In this document: positions 31,545-45,400 of the stretch, piece by piece
Numbering within the stretch: the first letter of the stretch is position 1
Layout: the number at the start of each line of letters is the position of its first letter
Source: Phoronis australis
Taxonomy: Eukaryota > Animalia > Phoronida
NCBI GenBank assembly: GCA_002633005.1
Contig: NMRA01000034.1
Span: 64,771-128,770 of the forward strand
Length of the DNA: 64,000 nt
Direction of reading: 5' to 3'
Notes under the pieces: model-generated
The model's database searches: none
What the model was told of the DNA's origin: nothing
Seen by the model: only the letters and a program-made list of their open reading frames with translations
Made by a program: the position numbers and the translations under genes

Positions 31545-31666
31545 ATATAAAACCGAGGTGAAGTGCTAGAGGCCTGACTCAAGGGTCTAGCAGTGTGCCT
31601 GAGTGGGTCTCGAACCCACGACCTTGAGTAAACGAAGCGGACACCCATCCCACTTGGCCACACTGC
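31545..31666 (-). mobile_element. tRNA-derived SINE head (Pol III box A / box B)
   Basis: Minus strand: GCAGTG-TGGCCAAGTGG (box A) ... GTGGGTTCGAGACCCAC (T-arm, box B) ... CACACTGC, then a second hairpin TGCTAGA..TCTAGCA. The anticodon arm does not pair, so it is not a functional tRNA. Confidence 0.7.
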
Positions 31667-31804
31667 CTGCTCCCAGAGGTTAGTAGGCAAAGTTTTCCAC
31701 TTTTCATTGTGGAGTTTAACTCACAAATTTACTACAACTGAAAGAAAAATAAATCTTTGGTCAGATATGAAAATCAAATAAATATTTCGAGAGCTACACA
31801 TTAA

Positions 31805-32295
31805 ACAAGAGCAACACGGAGCGTTGAAAAGCACCCACGAATGCACCGCAGTCTGCTTCTAGGGGCGTTTATTTGGAAAGTAAAAATGGCCATTAGACAG
31901 CGCAAAATACGTCGAATCCATCCGAAAACTGGTATGTGTGACCAAAGCTATTTACCAAATTTCATAAAAATCCGTCAAGGAACTTCTGAGAAACAGAGGA
32001 AAACGAAAAAATGAAATTGCCACAAAGAGGATATAGGCGCAAAAAACACAACTGCCAATAAGAGGCGCCACAATAGATAAAGTCGTCGGAAAATCATCGT
32101 CAGACGTCCTCTTCACATTAGGAAAATACATGCCAATTTCCACAACCATCCTTGGAATGGTTTGGCTGACAGAGCCGCAGACGCCAAATAACAAGACTGG
32201 AAAACAGTAAAAAAATGGTCACAAGGTGGCGCAAAATACAACGAATCAAACCGAAATCAGGAGAATAGCGTCAACTCACTAACAGATACCAGTAC
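31805..32295. repeat. Second fragment of the 28420-29238 repeat family, with its AACAAGAGCAAC terminus
   Basis: Shares gtaaaaatggcca..ag...gcgcaaaatac.tcgaatccatc and gaggcgccacaat...gtcggaaaatca...gtcctcttca. The terminus is also seen at 61313-61351. Confidence 0.65.
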
Positions 32296-32362
32296 CAGAG
32301 CTGTTGACATGACAGTTGAAAAACACATGAACAAGAAGTACAACATATCCAACAGTTGTTCC

Positions 32363-32368
32363 TTTATT
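32363..32368 (-). terminator. Candidate polyadenylation signal of TLK (3' UTR ~1.1 kb)
   Basis: AATAAA on the minus strand, followed by a GT/T-rich downstream tract, just before repeat sequence begins. Confidence 0.45.
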
Positions 32369-33485
32369 TTCCTGCTTTTCAAGCAGACAATTCCAGCAAA
32401 CAGTTATGTTGAGAAATCAACACAGAGGTGAGAGAAAGATAAAAGCATCTTTGCACACAATAGATCAGATGCAACAGGAGACAGGTAAATCAATGCTCTA
32501 CTGAACACTTAATAAACGTTTTCAATTCTAGCATATTACAGAGCAAAATTAACCAGCTGCACTGTATTAATACTGATTAATACACAAGGTTCCACGAAAG
32601 ACAAAATTACATAACACTTCTTTGCTACCAATTGCAAAAATTACATGTTTCCTAGTTTTAGATGTCAATGGCTACAATGACGCTTAGCCAATTAAATCTT
32701 GTTAGGATATCATTAGACACATCAGCACAGCTTTCCTTACACTCTTCCACAGTGCTGTGTAGAAGAGTAGCACTGCAGAATATAGACCATTGGCTTCCCA
32801 TGAGTTAAAGCAACATTTCACCCTGTTAAGCTGGCTCAAAAACGAAAATCGAATTAGGGTTTTTATTCCCATAAAATATGTCTCATAATATTCTTTATAA
32901 GAGTTGAATGGGATTGGCCAACACTAAAATTACAGATTTGAAAACGGTGTATGTACGCATTGCCTATGACTATAGTTGCTGGCTCATTTGACAACAATTC
33001 AAGATCAGAAGAGAGTGGTAATGTTTTTTAAACTCCAAACGCCAATTCAACATTGACAGCTAAACAAGAGTGAAATGCAACTTCAACAGAAGGAAGCAAC
33101 ACATGTATTTCCCGTTGCAGTAACTGTTCTATCATGACGACACTGAGTTCAGATACTGTGATGACTAAAGACAACAAAGTGTCATGAAAAACATGGCAGC
33201 ACAAATCAGCGTTCTTTTCCTACTCATTTCCAACAAAACGATAAATAACTCTGTCAGTCGTGTACATTGCCACTCTTCTCAGTAGCACTTTCCAGACTTC
33301 TTGCGTGAAGACACCTCCGCCCCTGTGTCAACACTCCACTTCGTCTTTTAAAAAGAGTTCACAGAACTCTTTCAATGGCTCTAAGCAATCTTTTTTTTCT
33401 AGACCGGACTTTGTCACTATTTTATTACGTGTTACTTGAAAGAATTGGGTAGTTCTCTCACTTCGGTAACTCCAGACGTGCGTAG

Positions 33486-36400
33486 TTACAGATTTGAGTT
33501 TGACTTTTCTTCATAGCTCACCCTGAAATTAGCAAAATGACCCAAACATCATTCTTACACACAGTTTTGCTAAATCAAGTTTTCAAATCATATTAAAGCA
33601 ATCAAGTTTTTCACGGTAGCACTATGTTCAGGGTAGAGCATACAAACGACATTTGAGTACCACTTGATTAAATCCCATTTTGAAGTAGCAGATTTTTAGA
33701 CGTCCAAAAGCACTCAATATTAGTGTCTTTAAAACAAACCCATGTCAAGTTGAAATGGGCCAGACAGGTTCAGAAAATTAGAGCACCACTACCAACACTG
33801 GTTAAAAGTAATTCAGTTATCGAATTACTCCGTTCACACTGATAGTTTGACAGTTATTAACTCAACTTTTTGGTTTTAGTTCTAAGTCATCAGTGCCACT
33901 GAATTTATTCCAAATGCACAATGAGATTTAACTTTTACCAAATGCGCTTAACACTCACACCACATTATAACTTATCTTCAATTCTCACAAAAGCAGAACA
34001 GAAAATGCTAAAAATAACTTAAGAGTTTGATTTCGCGTAAAAAGATTGGACCCCAAAGACAGACCCTTTTTTCTGCTTTGCTCTACACTCACATCGAATT
34101 AGATTTTGACTTCTGAGTTGGTTTTAAATATTCTTCCTCCACAAGTTGAGCCACCTCAGGACGGAACTCCTTTCTGTACTGAAGACAACGCCTGATGAAG
34201 TTCTGAAAGGGCACAGACACAGTCACACATTTTTCACAGAGGATTTCTTAAAAATTAACGTGTTCCACTAAGTACTGACAGTTATATGGAAAAGCATACA
34301 CGTGGGAACGTTCATATATTACGTCATCACTCAAGGGGGGAGGGGGTTAGGAAAAGACAACTGATGACAGGAGGTGGGAACACATCGTTGGGAATCCGGT
34401 TCATCTAATTTCCGACTTTTTAGATAAACACAATACAATTGACTAAACCGTTAAAAGTACCTTTGCCTCATTGCTGACTAACGGTTTTGATGGGAACTGG
34501 ACCTCCTTGGCCTTTAGGATTGTGTTTTCCTCTAGAATTGCTGCCTGTGACAAGTTGTGGCCAAATGGCTATAAAAAACAGCATAGAACATTATTACATG
34601 ATCAGTGTGCTACTTCTGGCCTCTGATTGGCTGAAACGCAGTACGATTAACCACTGCCAGATGTCGCTATCTGTATTAGCAATATGGCCAACCAGACACT
34701 CTAGCGACTGAGAGCCCAGGCCATGAAGTGAGTAGGTGATGTCAGTACATCAAAGAAGGTATGAACAAGGTAATCTGATATGAGATGCAAAACCATCCTT
34801 TGGGCATGTCAGTTCATATGGAACTCGGGAGAGAAATGTTGCTGTCAGTCTCTGGCACCACAGTACAGCATTCAAAGCAGTTGTCAAGTATTTTGATTGT
34901 AGCTACAAATGATAAGCAGTTTAGACAGCATAATGGGAGTCCAGAAATTCGAAATTTCCAGCCATGCCAGATACCCAATTAATTTAAAACGGAGTCTGTA
35001 GACTTTTACATACAATTCCTTTCTTTTCCTGTGTCATGTACCCACCAAAGTAACAGTTATAAAAAGCCACCACATGACACCTCTTTACTTTTCTGATAGC
35101 ATAAAACATCACCAGGTGGAGCTAACTCACCTTTCTGCCATAAAGCATTTGATAGAATATGACACCAACGCTCCACACGTCCACCTTGGACGAGATTTTT
35201 GGAGGCTCTTTGCCAACTATGAAGCACTCCGGTGGCAAATACCTGAAAGCACACAACCACAAATTGATACTTAAGACTGGCAACATATGGCTATCAAAGG
35301 AACAGCAAATATTGTTTGGCATGACTATGGTAGTTTTCAAAATAAACTAGATGGCAAAATTCAACAAACTTTCGATGTATAAACCTCAGACTAAATATCC
35401 ATTTTGCTTCTACTAGAACTGTTTCAATTCTGGCCAATCTCGACAGATGCTGCTGCACAAATTTTGTCAAAAATGCGATAAATCACTTTAAAAGTCCATT
35501 CACAAATAAACAATCAGCAAGTGGGCACAATGTCGCATAAAACTTTGCCATAAGATTGACAAAAATGATAGCTTACTGTGACGAAGGTTCTACTGAATAA
35601 TTCTGGCCAGAAGTCCATCTAACTTTGGCAGATCAGTTGAACTTCTTGAAAATTAACAGTAATTGCAGTTTGCTATGCCTCAACATTGCACAGCTGAATA
35701 CCATTTTAAGGCGATCGATTCACTGTCAAGTTAAGGGGTTCCAACAACTATCAATTAGGCTAGCGGACATTTCAAAGTCTGCAGTCTCTGAATGGTTCTC
35801 ATAGTCCAGATCATGCAAAACAAGTATAGTACATACACATTGTACGTCCACTTTGCAAACTGCACACCTATTGCCGACACATCATCAGAGCGTAGGAACA
35901 AAACCAAAGAAATATGGGTATTAAAGTGGCTGCCTTCTGTACAAGAACATTCAATTTTAGACACTTTTTGCAACTATAGCTTGAGATGAGGCTCGTCACA
36001 TTGTCTCATTTGATGAACCGAGTACAGTCTTAAGGACTAACAAACCATCAATTCTACCACAGTCCAGAAATCATTCCTCATTTAGAAGCAATCCAAGAGC
36101 AATTTTAGAACATAAAATGATCGAAATCAAGTGTTAGTTTGACAGCCAAAGGTGGGTATGTAGCTGCCTGTAACACTAAGTACAGCAATGCTGCTTTAGG
36201 AACAAATCAAAACGTTCAACAGTATCTGTATAGTATTGAATAACACTGAACATAAATTAACACAAGAACAGTCATTTCATGTACGGTCTGTTTATCAGCT
36301 GAACTCACCAGTAAGTGCCAGCACCTTGAGACGTCAGGTCTAGTCCCGACTCCTGACTATAGGTGTCACCCTCCATCACCTTACTCAGACCAAAGTCAGT

Positions 36401-39400
36401 GATTTTTATTTCACCCGTGCTTGCTCCACTGCCCATTAATATATTACCTGTAATAACCGTTTTAAGCACGTGAGAGATGTTGATTGCCCAACAACCGTGG
36501 ACAAACCAAAGTGGCATATGCTAAAAATTAAGACACTGTTCGAAAGCCTGCAAATGTCAGGCTTGACAAGACTTTCACATAACATGGCAGAGGACCTGAG
36601 AGTCTGAGATTATCGTACTGAAACTACTTCACTTTGCCACAAAACCCACCTTATACACCACAGATATTTAAGTTGACAATTATGAATCAGTCCACGTTAA
36701 CACCTTACAACACATGTTGAAATTCAGGCGACTGCCTTGACGTGTTTACTAACCAGGCTTCAAGTCGTAGTGTATCACAGGCGGCTTGATTTCGTTGAGA
36801 TACTTGAGCGCATTGGCCACTTGAATGACGACGGAGCGCGCCTCCTTCTCCGGCATCAATTTGTTCTGCTTCAGATGGAAGTCAAGGTCATTGCCACTGC
36901 AGAAGTCCAGCACCGTACAAAAGCTGGAAAGGAACAGAAACATCCGTTAGCGCAGACATTACACCATAACTCTAGCTTGGAATGAACTCCGCATAACCAC
37001 AAAAATACAGACAATCCCTAAATACCTTTACAGGCCCAGTAACTGCCCTTTTATTCAATAAATTATCTAGTGCTGAGAATATGTATGTCTATTGTTGATT
37101 TGACCTCATATTTCCCTTATAATGTAATTAACCCCTTTCATTTAATCTTCATTAGTGCATTCATTTATTCATTATTTATGAATATATTTATTAATTCTTT
37201 TATGTATATATTTATGTACTAATTAGTAACTGATTTACTTATTTATTGCTGATTGTCTTTCTTCTTTCACTGGTTTTCAATTTGTTTCTTATCTTTTTTT
37301 ACGGACCATAATGGAAATAAGTCTTTGACGTTTGTATGTTATTTGTGTCTTGCACTTGTACTTTTATTTTTTGTCTTGTGGTTTCTTATATTTTTCCTGT
37401 ACTTGTGTGATTCTAATAAATTTATTATTATTATTATCATTACTGTTATTAGCAGCGAGTATGTGTATTGGGCCAAGTCAGAGAGGAAGTGTAGATTCTG
37501 ATGGCTAGCTGATCCGTTCCCATGGGCAAGAGTCCAAACTCATGACCAGAAGGAGGTCTGACAACGAACAGACATAGGTGGTACTTTATACCCTTCTTCC
37601 TATTCCACCAATGACTAAGTGGCTGAATGGGTCTTGCTTGTCTGAATCCACCACCTAAATGATATTTTTTCACGCAAGTACGAGCCTCAAATCCAGAAAG
37701 CCGAGACAATTACAAATACATGCATTTCTATACTCAAACTCAACATCACAGCTAAATGCCTTAAAAAACTGCAATAGGCCCATCCTCAACTGAACACTCC
37801 TCTTTTGCGGAGGTGATAAAATGCATGACACAACTGATTACTGACCTACTTTTCAAAATTTCAGACACTCCTGAGATGGTTATCAAGGGAAGCATACTAC
37901 ATTTAACATCCAGCACTATCATTTGCCCCTTTTGCCAATTGCTCAGTGCCAGTATTGCAACTTGAAATGCAATGATACAAACTGTGACTGCACTTCAATA
38001 ATGAATTACATTATATTTACCACACGAGGCAGTGACAAGCACATTTGCAAGTGAAAAAACAGAGCAAATCATGACACTGCATTGAATTGTGGGAAAATCT
38101 CTCAGCCTGACAGTGTTGCAGCATTATTTCAAGACACTGATAAGAGATTGAAACACTTTTAGTCCTTGAGCTACTCCTATTCTTATCAAAGTGTGCAACT
38201 TACTCCAACTCCACAGCTGGCAACACTGATGACTGGATGCAAATGTCAAATTCAACTACATTGACCTGTTTCATGAAAAGTGACGAAAGACAGAAAATTT
38301 GACTTCCAGTCCGCTCTCACTTCACAATTATTGAATGTTCTGCCATGTGAATGTTAGCACAGTACAGATTACAACTAATGTACACAAGTAAGTAACTAGC
38401 AATTATTAGCAAATTTCCAGAGACATTGCAATTCTGCTGAGGTGAGATAAAATTACGTTTCCAAAACAACTGTAATGAGTGTGAGACCAAATTTTCTGAC
38501 TCAAGAATTAAACCACTTTTCATTTGGCAGGCCTGTAGACAGATACTCACGAGTTGTTGTCTATTTCGAACACATCAAACAACTTGACAATCCTGGGATG
38601 TTCTAGATTTTGGTGTATCCTACACTCCCTCAAGGCGTGTCTGAAAGTAACCATGCCAATTAGTCACGATGCTAAAACTGGTCACTGATTATAAATACCA
38701 GGGCATAGGACGCTGCAATGCAAATCTAGTATTAACAGCCCTCTGTGCAATCCAGATCAAAATACTTTTAGTTAATGAGAAGAACAATAACTGAGTGATG
38801 AACAACTACCGTGAAGATGCAAAATGCCAGTTGAAGTCAAATTTAAAGTTTAGGAAGCTATCTTTTAAATTACATTCCTTACTATTGTAAAATTAACATG
38901 AACCTGGTCCTAACTGAGACTTAGAAAGATGTTCAGACTTTAGAAGAGCAACAAATTAAGTTGTTATTAGGAATAAACTCAACAAATTGGTTAGGGGCAG
39001 GGTGGGTGGCAACATTCATGTGTTGAAGGCAATATGGCTGCCAGCCTAAAGCGCAGTAGAACACCAGATGGCATAACTGCTATATAATAACTGCTCGCTG
39101 GTTCCCTGCATGCCGCTAGGTGGCCGGTAGCCAGCACGCAGGTATCACTTAATTTTCCTCGGGAAATTTTTTTACACCGGCGTTTCTGATTGGCTAGTCG
39201 AATTCTCAATTACAGGCAGGGCTTTACACAAACAAACTGGCATGATTGATGGACTGAAATGTAAATGTGGTCTGTTGTACAGACAACTCGATGCTTAAAA
39301 TTTATGTTCAGGAAATGTGAATCCTAGAAATTGTGAATCCTAGAAATTGTGGTTGCACGTTTTCGGAGTGCATCTTTCTACTGTTGATGACTTTTGTCCT

Positions 39401-42400
39401 GTATTCATACAGTATCAATAACACACCGGTTAAATCGGCCAGTTAATGATGTGCTTATTGTATATGTATGTGCTTCAAGCACGCGACTATTAAGCATCAC
39501 TACAGAAACGAAATAGTTACTGCGACGCCACGTGCACAACAAGGCTAAAAATCGTTCACAGCCCGCCATTTTTTCACGGTGTTGTAAAGCTAACCAATGA
39601 CTGCTGAGGTTACATCAACCAATGTTAAAGCGCGTGACACTGCATGATACCTGCGTGCTGGCTAGGCACGTAGGGAACCAGCGAGTATAATAATTGATGC
39701 GAAGGAGCTTTGCATTCTTAAAAGGGGACTGTAGTCAAAATAATGTTGCAGTTAATCGGTTCTAACATACAAATAAAACTCACATTTGCCTGACTTGCGT
39801 GCCAAACTAAAGCCAATTCGAATTCATGGTCGAAACACTGAATTCTGAAAGCGATCGCTGATTGGCTGATGTGTCAGTGACGTGAACGGCGGGGTATCGG
39901 CTGCTTTACACATTCATTGCTTATGTCATATTTGAAGAGTTTACATCGTAATTTATCATTGTGTCAATCGTCCTTATTTTTTATTGTTTGCCACAGTGCT
40001 GTAAAAGGTTCGCTATGCCTTTTTGTATGGCACCTGGTTGCTCAAACTCTTCGAAAAAGGCGTCTTCTGAAGGGATGGTCATCGCATACCATCGCCGGGT
40101 TACCCAAGCCTTGGCCCAAAGCTCAGTGTAGATATGGGCCTACAGGTTTTAGCCGATATGGATAAAAAATGTACAAATAAAATCTGACTCAAATAAATGT
40201 CATTAAAACTAAGTCATCCTTGAGTAAACCTAGGAACCAGGTTCCTAGAGTAAACTAACTTCTGTATTTACCGGTGTTGGAAATGTTAGCGATCGTTCAT
40301 CGGCTGCTGCTAGTAAAATCGTGATGTGTTCTCGGCTTTTTGCGACTACGTCACCTGACCTTTACCAGTTTCTTTTCCCCCTGATTCTTTTATCAAGTGT
40401 TCGTCGCTGACGGTACCTAGGTTGCGTACATGTTATAACAAATTATCGGAACTTGTTTCATTTTGTTTCAAGTTTTTAGTATTTTTACATCAGCAAACCG
40501 AATTTTAGAACAACCTTGGTGCTGCGAAGCTGTTATCATGTCCCGAAAGACGTCTCAAATTTTTATGAAATGGCGCGTGCGCCGTGTCACGAGCGTGCTG
40601 TTCTTGAAACGGACGACACACTTCTTTGTTAAAAAGGCGGCAAATTATGCTACCAAATGACGTTTATTTGATTGTTTTCCATTTAAACGGCTGCAACGAA
40701 CAATGGGAGTGTCGGGTGACTATACCAGATTTTGCATGCGCCCCCGCCGGTCCGTTAGCTTTATATGTTGATGTAGCCTAAGTTTTACGACGAGGTGACG
40801 AGCATAACTGAGTCAACTATACCCGGGTAGTCAACGGCTGTCTGAAATTTCGGGGTTAACGGAGCTCAACACACAGTGGTACGATAGTCTTCATACAGCT
40901 ACAGTAGGTAACTTACCAACCCTTCAAGTTTACAGAGCTGCCGGAGTATTGGCTGACAGCTGGCTGACTGGATGGCTAGAGTCCACATTGCCCTCGGCAC
41001 AGTCACTGACACCAGTTGCACCGGCAAATTTTCGTCTGACGATGACGATGACTGGGTATCACTTTGTGTTGCCTCGGCTCAAACAGGTATCCCTGGTGAC
41101 CCGACATTTCACACTAAAATTTCCTATTCCGACAATATGAAAAACGCTACTTGATTGCACGCTAACACAGGACAGTGACTTTGCCCCCGCCAAATACGTC
41201 ACGAGACTAAGTAGCGCTCCAAGCCGGTAATTTTTTGAGCTTCGTTAGAGAGTATAAGTTTAATTTTTGGTGTTGAATTATTTGTGAAATTAATCAACAA
41301 TTCATAGAAAACTATCCAGAATTTATTCAGAATAAATTACAGTTCCCTTTTAAGAGTGGCCTAAAGCAGAAACAACTTTTGCTTTAGGCCACTTACTATT
41401 CTAAAATCAGTCCAATACAGTCCCTTACTCATATTACGCTAATTCTGCACTTATTTCGCACATAAAAAATTGCCAAAATTGTTGTTTTTCCATTTTCCAA
41501 AGGGCAATTAATGTCTTGCATATTATGGAAAATTTACCAACAGTTATGACATTTACACAGTAAAGGCTATACTAATAATATACTAGAATTTTATTAATTT
41601 TGTTTTTGTGGAGAGTTTACAAAACAAAATTTCACTTGTCGGCCATATTGTGTGATAAATAATTGAACAATTACATAAAAAATCATTTGTGGGCTGAAGA
41701 AGAACTGAGAAGCTACTGTTCACTTCAGACCAAGCTGCCAGTCACAATGAATAACTGTCAACTTCCAAGGCAGTATGGTCGAGGGGGAACTACTGATGAT
41801 TTAATGCAATCCTTTTCAATTCAAGCAGGGGCAGGAATGTCATGACGTGGCTTCGGAAGAGCAAACATTCCAAAGAGAAATGAATGTTTCTTACAACATG
41901 ACATGGTTTAGTGCGGCTTTAAAGAAACAGCGTCAACAGTCAATGTTAGACTTACTTAATATAATTGGCTTTTTTGTCTTCTTTCCAGTCACGGTTCAGC
42001 TGGTGAATTTTACAGGCAACATATCGATACTCCTTGAGGTCGAATGCCTGTAACAAAACATCCGGTGATAAATGGACCAGAGGATTCAAGAAATACTGCT
42101 CACCTATGCACAGCTGGCGCCATAGAGAGGGAGGGAAGGTGGGGGGAGAAGGAGAGGGGGAGAGAGGTAGAGAGAGAGGGAAGGAGGTAGAAAGAGAGAG
42201 AGAGAGAGAGTGAGAATGAATGTTCGAGGGAGAGCATGAGAGGGAGAGTGTGAGAGGGAGAGGAAGTGAGTGAGTAGTAGAGAGAGAGAGAGAGATGGGA
42301 CATTCTACTATAAATAGTAGTGAAAGCACACAGTTCACTTGGCGCCATATTGCTGTGTGGAAGTTCACTGTAAATAAACCTGCATGGTCATACGGGAATA

Positions 42401-45400
42401 ATGCAAAATACTGACAAATAGGAACAAATGAAAAATTTGCTGACCTTATTAGCAGAACTTGAGTTTAATTTCAAAATATTTAAAAAGTGATACCACTGGA
42501 TAGAGTACAAATTTAAAATGGTTTCAAAACTAGAGCCCTTTTAGGCCACCAGTTTGCTCAACCATAACACTCAGTTCGACACATCAAAATGGCTGCCCTG
42601 CTATACAAATACAACATCACGTGATAGCCAATCTATCTCAATATCTATAGACAGCAGTGTCTAAGTCAGACAATGCTACAGTGAGTAACAGTCCGTGGTG
42701 AAACCAAGTCACAATTTGGTCGTACATTAAATGCATCCCAGAAACACTGATGCACATAAACTATCCTAATCAAGAACCAAAATATCCAACAAGGATACTA
42801 CATGCATAAAATCTGCTTGAACATCGACTGGTGCTGACCTCCCCATCACATAGTTTATCTAAGATTTGTAAAGAATTCTGGACACAAAATTAAAGTCTTC
42901 CTCACCAAAATTCAAGGGCTTTTCAGACTACCAGACAACTACCTTCATGATTAGGGTTGCGTGGGGCTGGTTGGTTTGGGCCGATGTGTTCATGACTGAT
43001 ACGAGACACCGCCACAAAGACAACTAATCAATCGAATAAACAGTACGCAAATTTACATACTCAACATTTCAGATTTTTGAGGACTTTCAATGCTGCGTGA
43101 AAAAACTGTGCAAATAATTTACAAGACCAACATTAAAAAATGAAGGACTTGTCTGAACGAATGTGAAAAACAAAAGGTGAATGTTTGCACCATACCCTTC
43201 CACTTAACTTCTTCACCTACCTTGTGTACTTCACTAAAGCCTCCCTTGCCAAGAAGATTAAGTAACAGATAACGATCATTGAGCACTGCGAAGTTGTTGA
43301 ACCTGCAAACACAACAAGTGACGGACCTTTTGAGAGACACAAAGCACAATGGGTTTTGTCCTACTTCCCACAGCGGAAATAATACCTCATGCTGGTTTTC
43401 CAAGGGTAGTGCCATAGACCTCACATAGGGTTATGTAACAAGATGGTGCGTTATTGCCACTTTTCTGCAAGGTTTGCAATCTCACAAGTGGTACATTTAA
43501 CAGGAACTAAGACCAGGGCACTTCAGTTGACACTGCTTCAACAGGGTAGAAGAAAGGCAAGCCATACACGGATAGCGAAAAAGTTTCAATTCACATTATT
43601 TAGTCACACAGAGAAAGTTTTAGGAATGCAGTCAGTTCAACATCAAAGTTGTGGTTACTAGGATGACTGTGAAATCATTTACAAGTAAATGGGATATAGT
43701 TTAAATTTGCATCAGAATTTGCATCAAAGAAGGTATGAACACAAAAGACAATGGTAATTCTTGACTTACGTTCTCACAAAAATAAGTGCCTAAATTGCAT
43801 TTTCCCATTTTTCAAAGGGTGATTACTTTTACTGCAAATAATTCAAAATTGATCAAAAGCTGTTTTATGACATCTACACAATACAAACTATGTTAGGAAT
43901 AAACTACTGTTTTTGTGATGAAATTTGATAAAATAGAATGTCACTTGTAGGCCATATTATGGGCTATATAAGTGAAGAATCACCGTATATTACGCACTGA
44001 CCACTGGTAAGTAATCGACACATAAATTTTTACTTAAAACATGAATAATCTGAAAGCACCCAATTCAGTCACTTTTTGGCCTTTTTACACACAGAACACT
44101 TAAACTCAGAAATGTAACACTAGATTGTGTTTTTAATCTTTAGGCGACAACCAACTACTTTAAAGAAAGGCCACATTCACCAAGTTTGCCGTACAATCAT
44201 ACACACCAAAATCTACACCAACCATTGAATTTCGATGACAAGTGGGTTGAGCACACGATTTGAAACATGAGTGGATGATTTATGCCCCCATTAAGGACAT
44301 TGCTTGGTTTATCCGTGTGATAGCGCTATTTACACGCACGCACGCCCACACTCACACCCATAAGTTCATGTCGAAGACTTGGCACTCATCGATACGATTA
44401 CTTAGTACCCTTTCGCACAGAGAGCTTGCTCACTCACCTAGAATTGTCTTCGTTGTGTATACGCTTGAGCTCGCGTATGTGCAGGTTCCTGACTCGTTCC
44501 AGCTTCTCCAGCTCTGACTGCAAGTCTGCGTCCTCCTTCTTCAGAGCAGCTGCCCGCAGTTTCAGCAGCTCGTCTTGTTCATGGTATTCAAATGTGGTTA
44601 GACTGTGAATAACATGGGAGACAACGGTGAGATGTAACGCTGGATTACAACATCTCCTGCTCACAAACAGGGAAGCGTGCCTTCCACCACTAACAATCAC
44701 ACATGTTCCTTTCTCATGAATGCAAATCTTATCTCACCAGTATTTTGTAACTCACGAAATGTAATTCACTTTATGAAAATATTTCTTTTCCCATTAAACA
44801 AAGTTGCAGTAAACAAACAGTTTTGATTCTGACGTAAGTTTACAGCAACTTCTAAATTACTATACAAATAAGTCATCGTATCATATTTTTAATCCAAAAA
44901 CATAAACATATTGGTAGAAGAATTATGCAGTTGTGTGTTGCCCGAAAGAGGTGTCAAATTGGTAAAAAGAAAACAGCGATTTTTGAATCGTTATGTTTAA
45001 CACATCTTGTCTCCAGGAAACTTTGCTGCCGTGATACTTCCAGACAACTCTCAACATATAATAGACAGGTCGGTGCATGCGCGGGTGTGTCGAGTGTGAA
45101 TGTGTATTTCTTGTGCTTCTGTTATGTGTATATGTATACGACTTGTACTAATAAAGCATGTATAAAATATTCTCAATTACTCGTTAGACAAGTGCCTGAT
45201 TAAAAATTCCAATGAGGTTATTCAGCGATACCCTTCGGAAGAAGAGTACCCACTCGGCTACGGAATATGCAATTTACTTGAAGCCATTCAAATACAGTGT
45301 ATTACTGCAACACGCTCATGAAAATCAGCGCTACCAGCTAGGTAATCACTTACGACTTTTCACCGGGCTTAAGGAATTCTTTCTTGCCCCCCTGAGCCCC

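Noticed and set aside
31585-31666. Functional tRNA gene
   Set aside because: The anticodon stem does not pair and the acceptor geometry is non-canonical, so it is better explained as a SINE head.
41952-42368. 138-aa ORF with a Ser/Leu/Pro-rich N-terminus
   Set aside because: The N-terminal part is translated (CT)n microsatellite. Only 42047-41956 is a real TLK exon.
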